DNA from: Actinomycetota bacterium
Lineage (GTDB): Bacteria > Actinomycetota > Actinomycetes > Actinomycetales > Microbacteriaceae
NCBI GenBank assembly: GCA_947450345.1
Contig: CANFVD010000001.1
Span: forward strand, 15,936-79,935
Direction: 5' to 3'
DNA length: 64,000 nt
The translations under genes were made by a program, and so were the position numbers. Positions 62,983 through 64,000 of this stretch are shown one piece after another (position 1 is the first letter of the stretch; each line of letters opens with the position of its first letter). The notes under the pieces were generated by a model, which saw only the letters and a list, made by a program, of their open reading frames with translations, did not search any database and was not told the DNA's origin.

Positions 62983-63459
62983 ATGAAACGGTCACGTGTC
63001 GCCTCGGTCGTGGCGCTGACCCTTGTCGCGGGCCTCAGCTTGTCACTGGCCGGTTGCACCGGTACACCCGCCCCGGAGCCCACCCCGACACCTCTTTCCA
63101 CTATTTCGGCCGAGGCTCTCCTCAAGGCAGCCGAGACCACAATCCTCGACCAGACCATCGCGTATCCTTCTGCGGTTCCGGCTCAGGTGAGCTCGACAAT
63201 CTTGACGGTTCCACCGGGCGTTGCCACCGGCTGGCACTTCCATTCCACCCCCATGTACGCCTACATCCTTGAGGGAACGCTGACGGTGACCTACGACGTC
63301 GATGGCGTCAGCCAAGAAAAGGTCTACCGTGCCGGGGATGCCCTCGTCGAGGCCGTCGGCACGCACCACAACGGCGTCAACAACACTGACTCGCCCGTTC
63401 GCGTTCTCGTGGTCAATATGGGTGCAGCCGGCGTGGCAAACACGACGCTGGTGCCCTGA
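62983..63459 (+). CDS. cupin-domain lipoprotein
   Basis: Lipobox LSLAGC after a basic N-terminus. Cupin_2 core GWHFHSTPMYAYILEGTLTV...AGDALVEAVGTHHNGVN. Confidence 0.7.
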   Translation: MKRSRVASVVALTLVAGLSLSLAGCTGTPAPEPTPTPLSTISAEALLKAAETTILDQTIAYPSAVPAQVSSTILTVPPGVATGWHFHSTPMYAYILEGTLTVTYDVDGVSQEKVYRAGDALVEAVGTHHNGVNNTDSPVRVLVVNMGAAGVANTTLVP

Positions 63460-63540
63460 CTCTTCTTCAGGAAGTTTTGTTAGACTCACGCCAGACAATT
63501 CGATTTTCGCGGTGGTTCGACACCGAGTAAGGATGATCTC

Positions 63541-64000
63541 ATGAGGCGACGCGCCCTCGCCGTGCTTACCGCTCTCGCGCTAGTGGTTGTGCCTCTCAGC
63601 GCCTGCAGTGCCAGCCCTGATCGGGAGGCGGCAATTCCGGGGGACATCGTCGTGCAGGGTACGAAGGGTGCGGCGACCAAGGTCGCTCCCTGTGGCGACT
63701 ACTCAGAGCAACTGTCGTGCGTCGTTGACGCAGCACAGACTCACGCCACGGTTCTGAACGGAAGCTCCGTCCTTTTTGCCGCGGCAGATCACAAGCCGGC
63801 GTCGAAGGTGACAATCACCAAGGTGTGCTGGTCACCGGCGGGCGAAGTAGAGCCCAGTGAGTGCGACACCGATGGCAAGCCCATGACACCCGGCCTGGTG
63901 ACGCAGACCACCATCTCGGGATTCCCGGCCATTTCTCTTGCCGCGACAAAGATCCCCGACCCGAGCCCCGACGCTCCCGAAGACGGCGTTTATCCGCTCC
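63541..64000 (+). CDS. putative lipoprotein (5' part; continues beyond the window)
   Basis: Hand translation gives MRRRALAVLTALALVVVPLSACSASPDREAAIPGDIVVQGTKG... (lipobox LSAC). Open to the window end. Absent from the ORF track because it runs off the edge. Confidence 0.5.
   Translation, partial: MRRRALAVLTALALVVVPLSACSASPDREAAIPGDIVVQGTKGAATKVAPCGDYSEQLSCVVDAAQTHATVLNGSSVLFAAADHKPASKVTITKVCWSPAGEVEPSECDTDGKPMTPGLVTQTTISGFPAISLAATKIPDPSPDAPEDGVYPL

Overview
High-GC (about 65-70%) actinobacterial chromosome segment. The gene order looks like a Microbacteriaceae-type core region; that placement comes from synteny and memory, not from a search. I call about 60 CDS, 2 tRNAs (Ala-GGC, Asn-GUU) and several cis-regulatory RNA/DNA elements. 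I see no rRNA, CRISPR array, transposase or integrase. Most of the window is housekeeping: valS / T-box-ileS-folC-DUF4233-ndk, rne, rplU-rpmA, obg-proB-proA, nadD-rsfS, leuS-comEA-comEC-holA, rpsT, lepA-hemW, CIRCE-hrcA-dnaJ-rsmE, HIT-phoH-ybeY-CBS/CNNM-era, Leu-leader-leuA, recO-uppS, dus-dgt-dnaG, def. The only accessory-looking stretch lies between tRNA-Ala (18.3 kb) and leuS (32.4 kb). It holds the most interesting locus: a tightly coupled 105-aa ORF - dnaE2 - FUSC-like membrane protein cassette. That cassette has no adjacent imuA/imuB. It is preceded by a LexA-box-like palindrome and a mycobacterial RecA-NDp/PafBC-like promoter motif. Next to it sit a 29-nt palindrome and a single low-GC gene encoding a PH(bPH_2)-SHOCT protein. 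Other points worth a look are an SD-sequestering ileS T-box with a terminal-loop AUC specifier, a 16-codon Leu-run leader peptide upstream of leuA, and divergent pabC-like/pabB start codons embedded in a 9-bp inverted repeat. All family assignments come from motif recognition by eye, with no database search. Start codons are my best choices and several are uncertain.
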